A stretch of 54,545 nucleotides of DNA, the filler included, from Sphacelaria rigidula (lineage: Eukaryota), in NCBI GenBank assembly GCA_964200075.2. It is 5 parts of 5 records of this genome, joined end to end, with 100 filler letters (N's around TTAATTAATTAA, not from the genome) between each part and the next. Parts side by side here need not be neighbours in the genome. Positions count along the whole stretch, not along the records: positions 10,931 to 21,760 come from CAXNAA020005841.1; positions 21,861 to 32,689 come from CAXNAA020005842.1; 3 more parts are not named here. One strand, 5' to 3'. Below, piece by piece: positions 11,665 to 24,149 of this stretch; position 1 is the first letter of the stretch, and every line of letters begins with the position of its first letter. The notes under the pieces were generated by a model that was given only the letters and a program-made list of their open reading frames with translations, was not told the DNA's origin and ran no database searches. Made by a program: the position numbers and the translations under genes.

Positions 11665-11965
11665 ATCGTTGGCGTCACCGGCTATCGAAAGGTGCTTCGT
11701 ACAACAATTCATTGTTGACGACAATGACTATAGATGTATACCCCCGAATCCATTGTTGGCGGCAAGGGCTCTCGATAGATTGTTCACCAAATGTATTGAT
11801 GACGACAAAGACTATGACGGCTCACCAAATCTATTGATGACGGCAACGGCTCTCGATAGATGTATCACCAGATCTTTAGGTTACGGCAATGACTATCGAT
11901 AGATACCTCACCAAATCTATTGATTACGGCAACGGCTATCGATATATACATCCCAGAATCATTGA
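11665..11965 (+). repeat. Degenerate ~43-bp minisatellite, about 7 units
   Basis: Recurrent attg(a/t)tgacggcaacggctatcgatagat...caccaaatct units. Confidence 0.8.
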
Positions 11966-12249
11966 AGTATATGATGTCCATCGATGGCCAGTGATCTCAA
12001 TCTATTGCAAGTGTCATAGACTATGGATCGACGCTTACAACATATAGTGTCCCTCGCAATACAGGACAAAATATTTGTAATATTTATATGCAAGGTTTCC
12101 CTTCGGGAGGTTGGTACTGGCCTCCCGGGGGTGACGCAAGTCGGAAATACATCAGTGTCATTCCTTTTCCATATTATGTGGGCATTTGCGTGGGAGAATA
12201 TGCACCTTCTAGTAGCTTATTTTTTTTTCTTTATTTTGGTAATGTGTCT

Positions 12250-12392
12250 GGTAAGGAATAGCAGGGACGGTATTGGAAAGGAGAGCCTACGTCTGTGACC
12301 ACGGGTTCGCGAGATCGGACTAATGTGCGGAAATAATAATAAAAAAAGTAGCTACCACCAGATTCCGCAGTTTCAATTGTCTCAGACCAAGA
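12250..12392 (+). repeat. Interspersed repeat; inverted homologue at ~43805-43950
   Basis: cgtctgtgaccacgggttcgcgagatcggactaatgtgcggaaataa matches the reverse complement of ttatttctgcacgttagcccgatccctcaaactcgtggtcacggacg. Confidence 0.65.
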
Positions 12393-12714
12393 GTGGAGAT
12401 CATCACGGGAAGAGGGGTGGGCATTTCCAGCATGAAAAGCTCGCTTCATGGGCGGTGTGTGGAGGTGGAAAAGGCACCATCACGCACAAGACCCGTCACA
12501 GCACACATCACAAGTGATTGCTGCTGAAAAAAGGTCACGTCCCGGTGGTAAATGGCGAACTTGTGCAGGGTTGTCTACATGCCGGACCCACCCCGCACGC
12601 ACTGATTTCAAATCATACTTGGTAGACCAAGAGAGACGCACGTGAACAATGATTGGTACTCGATCTTACTTGATTTCAGAGGGTAAAAAATTATGAGAAA
12701 ACCCATGATTTGGG

Positions 12715-12902
12715 ACAGGTGAGCAGTGATAAGCAGTAGATCCAGCTCGTCCAGAACGTGTTTTGGTCCAAAAATGGCTCAAAGGCGTCGATCTGAGCTC
12801 TCGCAACGCACGCTTTACTTGAAAAACACTCTGCATCCCCCTTGCCCGAGGGTTCTCGGTATGCCTTGGTCGGTGTTAGGGTTAGGGTTAGCATTAGGGT
12901 TG
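12715..12902 (+). repeat. Interspersed repeat with telomere-like tract, copy 3
   Basis: Ends tgttagggttagggttagcattagggtt; homologous to 7536-7720. Confidence 0.8.
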
Positions 12903-13593
12903 GCGGCATCTCCATAGTACCAACCATTGTTTACGTACATTTCTTTAGGTCCCCTCTGCAAAGTACCTGCGTAGGGATGCATCCCCGTCACAGGGGCATT
13001 CCTGTAATCCCTGTCACAAGGACATCCCTGCGCCGGTACTTCACAGGTGCATCCTGTGAAGGAACTCTCTCTTATGAGTTGCATGATCACAGGGATTTCG
13101 GTACCCCCTGCGCTGGTCCTCCACAACAGGTGACCCACAGTGGGGATGTTTGCTCACGTGTGTGCCTTGTTCAACTTGTCAATGGTTCATTGCACGGTCT
13201 TGTGTTTGCTGCTGACTAAGGTGAAGGAAATGTTCAATTGTTTTCAACTGCTTTGCTCTCATGTTCTCGTGACATTCGCTACATAACCGGTGTGCTCGTG
13301 CTCCCAAATCAACGAGAACGCAAACGAAATTGCGGGGGAAAAATACCCCGCCATGAAAAGTTTTTTGTGGTTCGGGATCGACACCCCACGAAAAAGAGCC
13401 AGCTTCACCGACGTTCGGTGGCCAGAAGACGCGTCACAGGTATCAGATGGCGCCCAAACCTGATCGGTAATGAACCGCTGCGCCTTCTTCGTGCGCTGCA
13501 AAAGGAAGCGCAGGATAAAATGCCTTACTGCCAGAGAAAACTCGGCAAAAGTGGTGAAAAATGTGAAATGATACATGCATATAAATATACGTG

Positions 13594-13958
13594 TGTGAGG
13601 AAGGCGTATCGCTAGGGTAGATGGAGACCTACAGGGGAGACTGTCGTTGGAAGTGTCCTCCTGATGCCGAAGGAACTCCGAGGCTGGCGATGATTTCCTC
13701 TCGTGATATGCAGGCGAGAAGTGGGTCAGACGTCAGTGTGATCACGGTGGGATGATCCGTTCCCTCGGGAGATGCAGGGTCGTCCTGAGATCTGGCTCTA
13801 CCTGGCATCACCCTGAGTTGTCTAGTATCGTTGGCATTGCGGGGTCTCGGTAATCTGGTCCTCTCGGACCGTTCCTACCTTGTGCCTGCATGCGCTGGTT
13901 TTTCATACATGTGTGGCACCAATCACTGATATGTTACTGCAAAGAAATGTCTCCAACA
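13594..13958 (-). repeat. 3' LTR
   Basis: TG...CA ends; direct repeat of 18300-18666; abuts the PPT. Confidence 0.93.
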
Positions 13959-13974
13959 CTTCCCCCCCCCCCTT
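13959..13974 (-). other. Polypurine tract
   Basis: Minus strand aagggggggggggaag immediately before the TGTTGG start of the 3' LTR. Confidence 0.85.
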
Positions 13975-14223
13975 GATGTGCCTCAAGCCCACCAGGACTG
14001 TGACTGGTGGGACGAGGGGAGCATCGGCTCCGCTGATGATGTATACGCGGAAGTCTCTTTAGTGATAACCATTGATTGAGTCACGCCACTGCTGATCGCA
14101 AAGGTCGCCCTTCTCCATACTGTGGCATTGATTAAACACTTCCAGTAAAGTTTTGCTCCCCGTGGTCAATAGCAGTGCATGCATTTGAAAACATTTAAAT
14201 TTTGTTATTTTCCGTCATGCCAT

Positions 14224-15070
14224 TGTCATATGTGACCTATTTCGATAAGATGAAATTGCACTTTGGTGCTGGTTGCATCTGCTGGCATACACGACGGGGC
14301 ACTGGGACGCTGTTCGGCCCACAGGCGCCTGGGTTATTTATGCCCGGGCTCTGGAATGCCTTCGCCTCCACTGACACCGGAGTATGACAACGTCCTCGCG
14401 TTTGTAACAAAGTGGTGTGTATGAGGTTTCTTGACCGGTGAGCGTTGTGCTCTTTCGGCGAAACGTCATCGAAATGATCCTTGCTTCTTGTCACTTTGTG
14501 TCATGTAACTGTGTCATGTGTGGTATATTTCGATAAGATGCATTTGCACTTTGATTCTGGTTGCATCAGCTAGTTATACATGACTGGGCAGTGGGACACT
14601 GATCGATCCACAGGCGCCTGGGTTATTTATGCCCAGGCTCTGGGGTGCCTTCAGTTCTGCTGACACCGGAGTAGGACGAAGTCCTCGCGTTAGTAACAAA
14701 GCGGTGGGTATGAGGTTTTTTGCCCGGTGAGCATTATGCTCTTTTGTCGAAACATCGTCGAAATGACCCTCGCTTCTTGCTAATTTGTGTCATGTAACTG
14801 TGTCATGTGTGACATATTTCGATTAAGTGCATGTGCACTTTGATGCTGGCTGCATCCGCTGGTATACAAGACTGGGCACTAGGATGCTGTTCGGTTCACG
14901 GTCGCCTGGGTTATTCATGCCCGGGTTCTATGATGCCTTCGGTTTCGCTGACACGGGAGTATGACAAAATCCTCGCGTTAGTAACAAAGCGGTCGGTATG
15001 ATGTTATTTGTCCGGTGAGCATTGTGCTCTTTTGGCGAAAAAATATTGAGATGATCTTTGCTTCTTGTCA
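14224..15070. repeat. Three tandem ~288-bp units in the retroelement 3' region
   Basis: Units start at 14224, 14512 and 14801 (tgtcat.tgtg...atttcgat). Confidence 0.9.
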
Positions 15071-15302
15071 GAAAGTGCTCATTTTGCTGAAAGGACACCT
15101 TCCTTGAGAAGTTCTAGCCCCTCACCAACATGCTAGATGCTATTCCGTTCATGTCTTCATTATTCTAAGCTTGTTTCATGTGTAGTTCTCACCAATTTCC
15201 GCATTGAGACCCTAGGCTACAACTGATTTCCGAATTGTAACCCTAGGCTTCTGCTCAACCCTCAAGCGTTTTGCTAGGACGCTCGAACAGTCTGTTGAAC
15301 AG

Positions 15303-17190
15303 TCACTTCCGTTTTCGTTTCCCGGTATTTCTGGCTTTCGAGTCTGGACGTGAGCCCTCGGCTAACCCATTGTCATGACGATATATATTGATGACATGTT
15401 TGCATTGTGATATTTCATCGGCTCGATAGGTTAGGTCGGCTGCTGGGCCGTAGTCTTGGAGTCCCAACCGATACTTATAGTGATGGAGACTTCCCCGACC
15501 TGGTCCTGGAGCGTGGCCCGCAACTTTTCCCACACCGTTACGTTCTATTGTAGGCGACGTTTCATCTGGTTGGTCCATCTCTGGTAGAGGTATCCATTCG
15601 CCTTGGAACAACTCGCTCAACTTATCGAAATCTGGTGCTAGTGGTGTTTCCCTGGGGTGAAATCTCTTCAAGCGAGATATACTGACACTTCTGTAGAGTC
15701 GTCCCCTAATTTTATTTTGTACACAACCGGCGATTGTCTCTCGGTGATCGTGGAAGGTCCTCTCCATGGTAATGGGAGTTTCGGGTTCGGCCCTTTTGAG
15801 TCCTGGTATGGTCGGTAAAAGAGTACCTTTCGACCAGGTTTGAACACTGGGAACGATTTCAATTTGTTTTTGTTTTCTTGCTTGTTCGCTCTTTCTCGTA
15901 GAGCTTGTCTCGCAATTTCAAATCCCAGGTGTAGGTTTTCCCGTGTTTCTTTGGAAAAATGTTCGGGTGTTGCAGCTTGGCTTCCCTCAGGTACGCCGAG
16001 GATAATGCCGATTAGTAATCTGGGCTGACTTCCGAACAATAGAAAATACTGTGTCTCCTGAACTGTATCGTGATAGGATGTGTTGTACGCCATTTGGATG
16101 AAATGAAGCATCGATGCCCATTTTTTGTTCCCAACCGATATATGCATAACTAAAATCTCATGCATAATGGAGTGGATTCGTTCCGACACTGAATTACCTT
16201 GCGGGCGTAACGGTGTCGTGCGAGTTTTATTGAAACCCAGCTCTTGTTGCAGTGCGTATATTAGCTTGTTTTCAAGTTCGGATCATTGATCAGAATGCAG
16301 CTTTTCCGGAATGTAGTAAAAACTCCATCGATAACAGTTTTGGCTATTGACGTGGCCTGTTTATTCGGTGCCGGAATGGGCAAAGCATACCTTGTGAGGT
16401 GGTCCATCACGGATGGTACCTATTTACCGAGTACCCCAGCGTTTGACATCGAAGTTGTTTTGTATTCGACTAGGTTTGACGGCACTCTTTCGTATGGCCG
16501 TTCTACCGGAACGTATCCCATCGGCAAATTCTGGCTGGTTATGGACCTTTTTTTCGGCGTTGACAACCCTGACATCGTGTGCGTACTCCCGTATTTGCTT
16601 TTTTGCAACTTTTTCGCGATTAACTAACATGAAGGCGTTCGTGGCGCTTACGCATCCTGATTTCACGGTGAACAGCTTTCTGTCATTTTGTAGTAGCTTT
16701 GAATTGTCGAGCTTATCAGCTGATATTTGAAACTGGTGTTGTCGAGAGGGTATCCGGAATGACCTGAAGTTTCTCCGGTTTGTGTCTGACTGTGAAGTCA
16801 TATGATTGTAAAGCGATCGCCCAACGGCTCAACATGTTGCTCGTATCTTGTATTGTATACAGATATCGACGAGCTGCATGATCTGTTACACACGTAGAGT
16901 GAAGGCCCCCGAAGAATGGTCTGAAATGCTGAATGGCTAGTACAACGGCATAGCATTTTTTCACAGTGGGTAAGTTGCTATACTAAGCGTCTTTGAAACG
17001 TTGACAGACGTATGCTACGATTGAGCCGTTGTCGCCCCTCTTCTGGGACAGGTACGCTCCCGCGCCTCGGTCTGACGTATCGACATTTATCATAAAATCT
17101 TATATGAAATCTGGAAAATGAATGACGGGTCCCTCGGTCATCAATTCTTGAATTTTTCCGGAGGCTTCATCATGTTCGGTATTCCAAAGT
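15303..17190 (-). pseudogene. pol: Degenerate gypsy pol: connection/RNase H, integrase (GPY/F) and chromodomain
   Basis: WNTEHDEA...VDTSDRGAGAYL; CYAVVLAIQHFRPF...VTDH...RWAIALQSYDFTVRHKP; PVERPYERV; MAYNTSYH; LPWRGP; YKYRLGLQDYGPAADL; several frameshifts and stops. Confidence 0.92.
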
Positions 17191-17936
17191 TTCAACACTA
17201 GTTTCACCGCTTTTTCTTGAAGGATATCCAGGTGCTACATGTAAACTAGATGTGACCGGATGGTCTTTGGAACGATAATAGGCAGTTCCGATTTGGACTG
17301 AACAGCCACAGCTCATCAAATTGTTGCTTATTCTGGCGGCAGGTTGAATATGTGTCAGCGCGGAATGTAACATTACCGCCTCATCGGGATACATTGGGGT
17401 ACTGCGCAGAATGTTGCCTGATTTGAGCCTCAATCATCTGAGCTTCATTTCGAGGATGATGGACCCTTGTCCGGTGTATCGCTTTTTCGATGACTGCTAT
17501 AAAGACTGCTTAGAAACCAACTCTCATCGTGCTCTTGTTCAGCTTCTGCTCTATTTTAGCATATACTTTCACTTCACAACTGGGGGCTGTTTTGGTGCCT
17601 CACCGGAGGAGTTACTGTACTGACTAGGAAACCCGCTTATCTCCGATATTGTTCACCAGATGGTTGGCACTTTTTCTCCATTCCATGCGTACTGAGGTGT
17701 GAAATATTGAACTGTCTGTAGTTTTTACCTCCGGTCAACTTGGTAAGACCGTCGCATACACCTCCTCTCGCTTGCTAAATGGTGGAGAATAACAAGGTCG
17801 TGCATTCACAGGTTGGGTAGCATTTTTCATTAGTGCCACTTCGAGTCACCGCGTTTCAAGACGTCGGCCTGCTTGATTAATCACCGTGCCTCTTGCACAA
17901 GGGTGGTGAAAGGTTGGCTGATAAGTGTGGCTTCGC

Positions 17937-18115
17937 TGTTTGACTAGTCATGCTGGTGACGTGTGATGCACGTGGATGAGACTAATTTCGCGATTTGCTG
18001 TTTGACTAGCCATGCAGGTGACATGCAATGCACCCTGAGGAGTCTAATTTCGTGTTTTCTGTTTGATTAGCCATGCGAGTGACATATAATACACACTGAG
18101 GGGGCTAACTTCGCG
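17937..18115. repeat. Three tandem ~61-bp units in the retroelement 5' region
   Basis: tgtttga(c/t)tag(t/c)catgc..gtgac...ctaa(t/c)ttcg occurs three times. Confidence 0.8.
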
Positions 18116-18286
18116 TTGACCACAACACATTACTCCAATAACCTCTCAAGTCGCATAATTGTGCACATGACCGATACGATTCACCGACAGCAGTGTTCCT
18201 TGGAGGATCCTGGTGTTTCTGGCGTCGGATCAATCGGTTCTCGTTCTTGTTTTTTACTTCTACGGCCTTTATGGTCAAGTTTTTTT

Positions 18287-18298
18287 CTGGTGTTGCCA
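18287..18298 (-). other. Putative tRNA primer-binding site (TGGCAACACCAG)
   Basis: TGG starts 1 nt after the 5' LTR end on the minus strand. Confidence 0.65.
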
Positions 18299-18299
18299 A

Positions 18300-18666
18300 C
18301 GTGAGGAAGGCGTATCGCTAGGGTAGATGGAGACCTACAGGGGAGACTGTCGTTGGAAATGTCCTCCTGATGCCGAAGGAACTCCGAGGCTGGCGATGAT
18401 TTCCTCTCGTGATATGCAGGCAAGAAGTGGGTCAGACGTCAGTGTGATCACGGTGGGGTGATCCGTTCCCTCGGGGGATGCAGGGTCGTCCTGAGATCTG
18501 GCTCTACCTGGCATCACCCTGAGTTGTCTAGTATCGTTAGCATCACGGGGTCTCGGTAATCTGGTCCTCTCGGACCGTTTTTACCTTGTGCCTGCATGCG
18601 CTGGTTTTCCATACATGTGTGGCACCAATCACTGATATGTTACTGCGGAGAGGTGTCTTCCGTACA
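18300..18666 (-). repeat. 5' LTR
   Basis: 11 substitutions versus the other LTR over the first 347 nt. Confidence 0.93.
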
Positions 18667-21600
18667 ATGCACAACAGCAGGCAGGGTGCAACCCGAGGGA
18701 GGTTTCGAGATATACAAGGGGTCCCATCAAGAAAACACAGAAACCACAGCCGCCCGCCCCTCGCATCTACACCAGTGCCACCACGAGGAGAATTGCCAAT
18801 AAAAAAATAGCGTTCTCGTTTTCCGACTATTGTACTGAAATCCAGTTGCTTCGGGGGCTACGGCTCGTGCGGTTCACATGGTGCGGCCCCTTCGGATATA
18901 TATATATGGCAATCCTTTGTCTTGTTGCGACCGGCATTCTGTTCAACGCACCCGCTGCGCATCGAGACGCACTCATTGTGTATGCTACATACAACGTGGT
19001 GGTACAAGTCCCGTATCTGGTTACTTCTTCAGTACGGCACAGTGACGTCCTGCCTGTTCCCTGGGTGCACCGCTGGGTGGGGTTCCGGCGCCTTGCGGGC
19101 GGAGCTGTGCTATTGCCGTTCTGCGGTTTTTAAACGGCGTTCTGTTCAACGCACATCTTGTGCATTAAGGCATGCACCTTGCGTATGCGACATTTAGAAT
19201 GGTGCTATTGTAGTCAGCGTCAGATATTTGCAGGATCCGTAGTTTTGAATTTTATGCTGAAGATAGACAGAACGCGTGATTCCGCCGGGTTCTTTCCATC
19301 ATGTTTCAGCCAACATCGTGTGCATGCCAGCAAGGATATCTGAGGGTATAGTGCTCCCCCTACGTAAATAAAGATATCGTGGTAACCGCCGTCAAGTGGA
19401 GGAGCCGAATATCCGCGTATAACAGAGTCAACTGCCGCGTCTGGTGAACACGGTGGGTGGGAAGAACCCCCACAAATCAGGTGGTACGCTGCGGACTTGA
19501 ACATGAGGGTTGTCAGAAAATACATTGGAAGCGTTGCATGAAACGGCCACAACAGTAGAAAATAACACTCGCACAGGGTCCGCAGAGAGCACACAAAGGC
19601 TGTAGAAAAAACAGTTTTGGAAACAGAGCCGTGTCGGCGTCAAACGACGGAGGTGAGCATCACCGCTACACGGCGGTTTTTGGGCCGTTACGGGCCGTCC
19701 TCTTGGGGTCCTGCAAAATCAACGTGGACGAATCTCGACACCCACATCTTTCACAGGCCCTCCTGGGGCCACCACAGCATCTTGACAGCTGCTTTCACCG
19801 GCAGTGGAACGTTCACCACGGTAGGTGGACCGAATTTGCTAAAAAGAACAGCTTGATTGGTGTTACGACTGCTTCCGCGGAGGTTCGGCACGTTGACAAC
19901 AAGGTCTGCAGAAGACCTACTCGACGCTGAGCCCCTACAAGGTGAGGCTCACGTACCACACGGTCCGTACAGCCTGCGTATCTGCGTGTACAACTCGATC
20001 ACGCAGCCCCCCCCAACCCAAACCGGCGCAAAGGCGACGACCTCATATCATAGGGAAACGAAAACACCCGCTGCCACGGGCGAAGTGCCTTTGACCGCTG
20101 ACAACCGCTCGCTCGCGATGGCTCTCGAGCTGGGCAGAGGGGCTGAAATGCTGGAAGCGGGCTCGCACTGGCTCTAAAAATCCGCGAAGCAGTAGAGACT
20201 GCACAGGCAAAGAACGTACGCACAGATCGCTATCCAACCACTACAATCAACACCAACCTCGACTGTTTTGTGCCATGTGCCCTCCTCACGTGCAGGAAAG
20301 CCCAGCGCAACGCGGAGGGAGCTGCTTACACTGTACAGTAGCGCAGCCTGGACATACACCCGCAGCCGAAACCGGGTGAGGCCGAGCACACAGCGATGTT
20401 CACAGTCGCGCACAAAACTATTGAAAACAGCATACGCTTACCCCAATAACAGCGCGAGGGTGTAATGCAGCACTGTCACGCTCGCCTCCAGTCCACCGCT
20501 CTCGCTTTCTCCCACTCGTGCGCACCGCTACCCGTCTGTGTGAGCGGGGTCATTTCACACCCAGACACTGTCACGGTATAAACAACCCCCCCTGATGAAA
20601 CGACACCAAATTGCACCCGTCTGGAAGCGCCATAAGCCAGCCGCTTGTGCCTTCACGGTGCGCGGTTTACGTACAAAACGCTTGCACTTTCACGGCCAAC
20701 CCCTATGCAAACGGTAGTGCCTTGCCGTGGTCGAAACCACAGCGGCAATCATGCCCACCTGTTTCCTGTACGCACGCCGTGCCGCGCGCAACTGTCGTGC
20801 CGTGACCAACACCATTTACTCCACCATGCCGCTGTAATCACACGCGAGTACCGCGCCGACGGCCCTCAAGCAGCATCACGTGGGACATATTCGACTGTGC
20901 ATGCCTGTGGCGTCGCACCAACGCAGCATAATGCATGCGGGCGACCCGGTCATATATCACGCCGTTTACCGCCCCCCCTCACCGCTAATTTGGATGGGCC
21001 GCACGCGGCCTATGACGCGCCGCCATCACTCTGTTCACCGCACCCGCCGTTTACCCCTTGCACAATGAGATTCTCCCTGCAAGAGGGCGCCGAAATACAG
21101 GGATCTGCGACAGAAACTTGGGGCTAGAGTACCCGTGTTGCCTCCCCCTTGCGCGGTACAGCACTGTAGAACACAGCACAGTACGACAGTACTGCCCGGT
21201 ATCGGACACACACAACTTTATTTCAGCTTGACGGTGATTACAAAACCGACCCTGCCTCTCGCTGCTATCCATCCAACAGGCCCCGATATGTCGACCCCAA
21301 AGCAAACAAAACCCAGACGTCATATTCCCACAGCATGCCATGAACCGCAGTCTAATGACCATCGGTCCGCATATCCCTCCTACGTTCAACCGGAACTCTT
21401 TTGCCTCCATTCTTTTTTTTTTGCTGCCGGTCAATCGACACCGTGCACACCCGGCACATTATTTTTCGTGAGATGAAGCTTCCGGGGCAATTTTCACTCC
21501 CAAGTATGCCGGAGTCCGCCCTGCTGTTGTTGCACGGCGTGTGTGCGGAATTGGTGCGCGGGAAGCACGAGGATCGTCTGTGCGTCTTCCAACACGAGTA

Positions 21601-21760
21601 CGTCTCCTCCGATGAAAAATCACCAGCGACACCAACGCCACGAACATGCTCCTCTTCAATGTTGTCAACAATTTCGCTATGCTTTTGAAGCGCATCTTTT
21701 CCACGATGATGCGCTTCAAAAGCATAGCGAAATTGTTGACAACATTGAAGAGGAGCATGT

Positions 21761-21860
21761 NNNNNNNNNNNNNNNNNNNNNNNNNNNNNNNNNNNNNNNN
21801 NNNNTTAATTAATTAANNNNNNNNNNNNNNNNNNNNNNNNNNNNNNNNNNNNNNNNNNNN
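21761..21860. other. Artificial contig-join linker
   Basis: N run with TTAATTAATTAA. Confidence 0.95.
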
Positions 21861-22987
21861 TCCCTGCGTTCTGCCAGCCTTGGCTCGTTTGCATTCTCTC
21901 CTCACGGATAGTCTGCTGCTGCATGTTACAAATTACAATTTTTCGAATCGCTCACCGCTTTGAGTGAGATTTGCACGTTATCTGTGAGACTTTCAACTCC
22001 TTAATGTGAGCGGTCACATTTTTCACATTTTGAAGGATAAACAAGCCAAATAACGCAAATTTCCTCGCGTCCGGCGGTGCTATCGCGCCCCCCCCTTAAC
22101 AGCAGGGGGGGGGCGGGCGGGCGTTTGCGGCTCGCGGCTTCGCCGCTCGGCGCCGATGTCTTTCCATTCGATCGGCTCTCGAAGCCGATTAACTGGAAAA
22201 ACATAAATGTACTGCCCGCTGGCGCGGCACCTTTTACCTTCACTGGCCGAAGCAGCCAGTTCACAGCCCTACGTTTCCCGGCTTATGCCAGGCTTGTGTA
22301 CAAGTTGTGTATGCTACAGTTGCACGGCAGGTGGGAGGTGAATCAGACAAATGGGCTGTACTGATCTCAGCAAAGTTCCGCATAGTGTCGAAGACACGTT
22401 GTGACATTACTGTATCGCCTGCTTTCGGGGTCAAAAACGCTGTCAAGTGTTCCCCCCCAGAAGAACTCAACCGAGAAAAGATCCAATTCCCGTTGAAGTC
22501 GACCTAATCAACGCCAGAGTCTCTAATACTATTGGTGGGAGCAGCATCCTCTCGAAACAATCTATTCGACAGCATGCGGCACGAAACATAAATCTGTCGA
22601 AAGTTCTGGAAACGTTGATGTGGTTGTTATAAGACCCGCATTTGTTAAAAGAGATCATCCCACCATGGATAAAGAATACAGCATTGTGACTTGTTGACTA
22701 CTCGTTTGAGCGACACCATATTCACGACATTCTCATTTGTCCCTTCTAGCTGTGTCGCTATGCAGTATGCCGATCTTTTAGAGATTGCCCCTCGACACAG
22801 CAGTCCGAACGCAGGCACTGCCTACGCGGGCACCAGGTGATCATCCAGGAATCGTCTACCATTTATTTGTTGATACCATGGGAGTGCTGTCAGAACATTC
22901 TGATGCCGGTTAGAATCATACAATCATGTCACAGTACTAGTGTATACGTCTAGGAGCCTGGATCCGTGTTTGAGGTTCAACATTTCC

Positions 22988-23338
22988 ATGAGTTTCAACT
23001 CAAAAACAGTGCTTTCTCTGACCTGAAGTCATGACCAATGAATGTCACATGAACGACTTCATGCCCCCCGACCTCCCCAAAACTATTTTTGGGGGTTGCC
23101 CGCCTTCCGTGCCTCCAAAGCGTATGTACGAAAGCACCTTTTCACCTCGATTTCGGGGCGCAACGGGGGACATTTTTAGCCCGAAATTGGTGCTTTCGCA
23201 TATACACTTTGGGGGCACGGCAGATGGGTAACCCCGAAAATAGTTTCAAGGAGGTCGAGGGGCATGAGGTCATCCATATGAAATTTATTGGTAATGACTT
23301 TAGGTCAGGGAAAGCACTGTTTTTGCGTTGAAACTCAT
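22988..23338. mobile_element. Palindromic MITE (~150-bp arms, GAG...CTC termini)
   Basis: atgagtttcaactcaaaaacagtgctttc / gaaagcactgtttttgcgttgaaactcat. Confidence 0.85.
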
Positions 23339-23342
23339 TAAA

Positions 23343-23367
23343 GAGTCGTGCTACGATAGGGTTGCAC
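23343..23367. mobile_element. Terminal inverted repeat of the Sola2-like element, downstream of its transposase
   Basis: gagtcgtgctacgatagggttgcac is 21/25 identical to the left TIR of the MITE at 9301; partner end not found. Confidence 0.6.
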
Positions 23368-24149
23368 TTTTTCGGCTAAAATGTTCACCTAGTAGCCAAA
23401 ATCAAGGTTGCAGGCGAGGAGGGTGAGCTCGTTTGGGGAGGTATGCTTGCAAGGCGATGGGCTCCCGGTAGGCACGACTAGTGTTTCGTTGGCATTTCTG
23501 AGGAACTTCACCCTCGGTGAAGGTCATGATGTCCGTTTTTGTGGGATTTTACTTGTATTAATCAAGCGGTGACCCTACCCCACGCACCACAAACTCCTTG
23601 ACACACATCCTACTCCACACACCGAACTTCGAATCGGCATCAGCACCGCGGAGACTCGCCGACGTCGACTACCTGGTTTTGACCTTGTATTTCTCCACGT
23701 ATCCTTCGTCTACTATCCACTCGACCTCCGCAGCGAAAAGAAGGCTCAATTCCCCCTCCCAATGCAGTTTGTATCTGTGACGTCTCGACTTGCGGTTTGT
23801 TTGAACCGAGGTGGCACTGGCTCTAAACGTTTTCTTGACCCTCCATGGTTTCGCGCCCTGGGACGAATACGGTCCCGTGAACGTTTTTCGATTTCTGTTC
23901 TGATGTTGAAAAGCTTAGACCGTGCTGGTCACTGACGGATATCCTCCTTGGAAAGCGGTTCTGCTTCAAAGTCGCTGAAGGCGGATAAGGGATTTGTCGA
24001 GAGAAGGACAACATTCGACCGTGCATTCGCGACTATGTCATCTCGTAATTTGAAATGATTGCTCCCCCCGCCCTGCACTGCTACCGATTCCATGTACCCG
24101 CCGAGGCCTTGTCCTAATCCCGCTATACAACGGAGGGTAAACGCCCGTA

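Larger units (their letters stand above)
13594..18666 (-). mobile_element. Ty3/gypsy chromovirus-type LTR retrotransposon, internally deleted and non-autonomous
   Basis: Paired ~365-bp LTRs, PBS and PPT in minus orientation, RNase H-integrase-chromodomain order; no RT core found; no clean TSD. Confidence 0.93.

Noticed and set aside
11665-11965. CRISPR-like periodicity
   Set aside because: Units are similar along their whole length with no unique spacers, there are no cas genes, and the context is eukaryotic
13629-13811. Identical 60-aa ORF duplicated at 18335-18517
   Set aside because: Simply lies within the two LTRs
18700-21460. Many short overlapping ORFs
   Set aside because: No recognisable motifs or consistent splice chain; probably degraded repeat sequence
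21644-21760. Perfect 53-bp inverted repeat with 11-nt loop
   Set aside because: 100% identical and running exactly to a contig end; most likely a chimeric-read or assembly fold-back artefact
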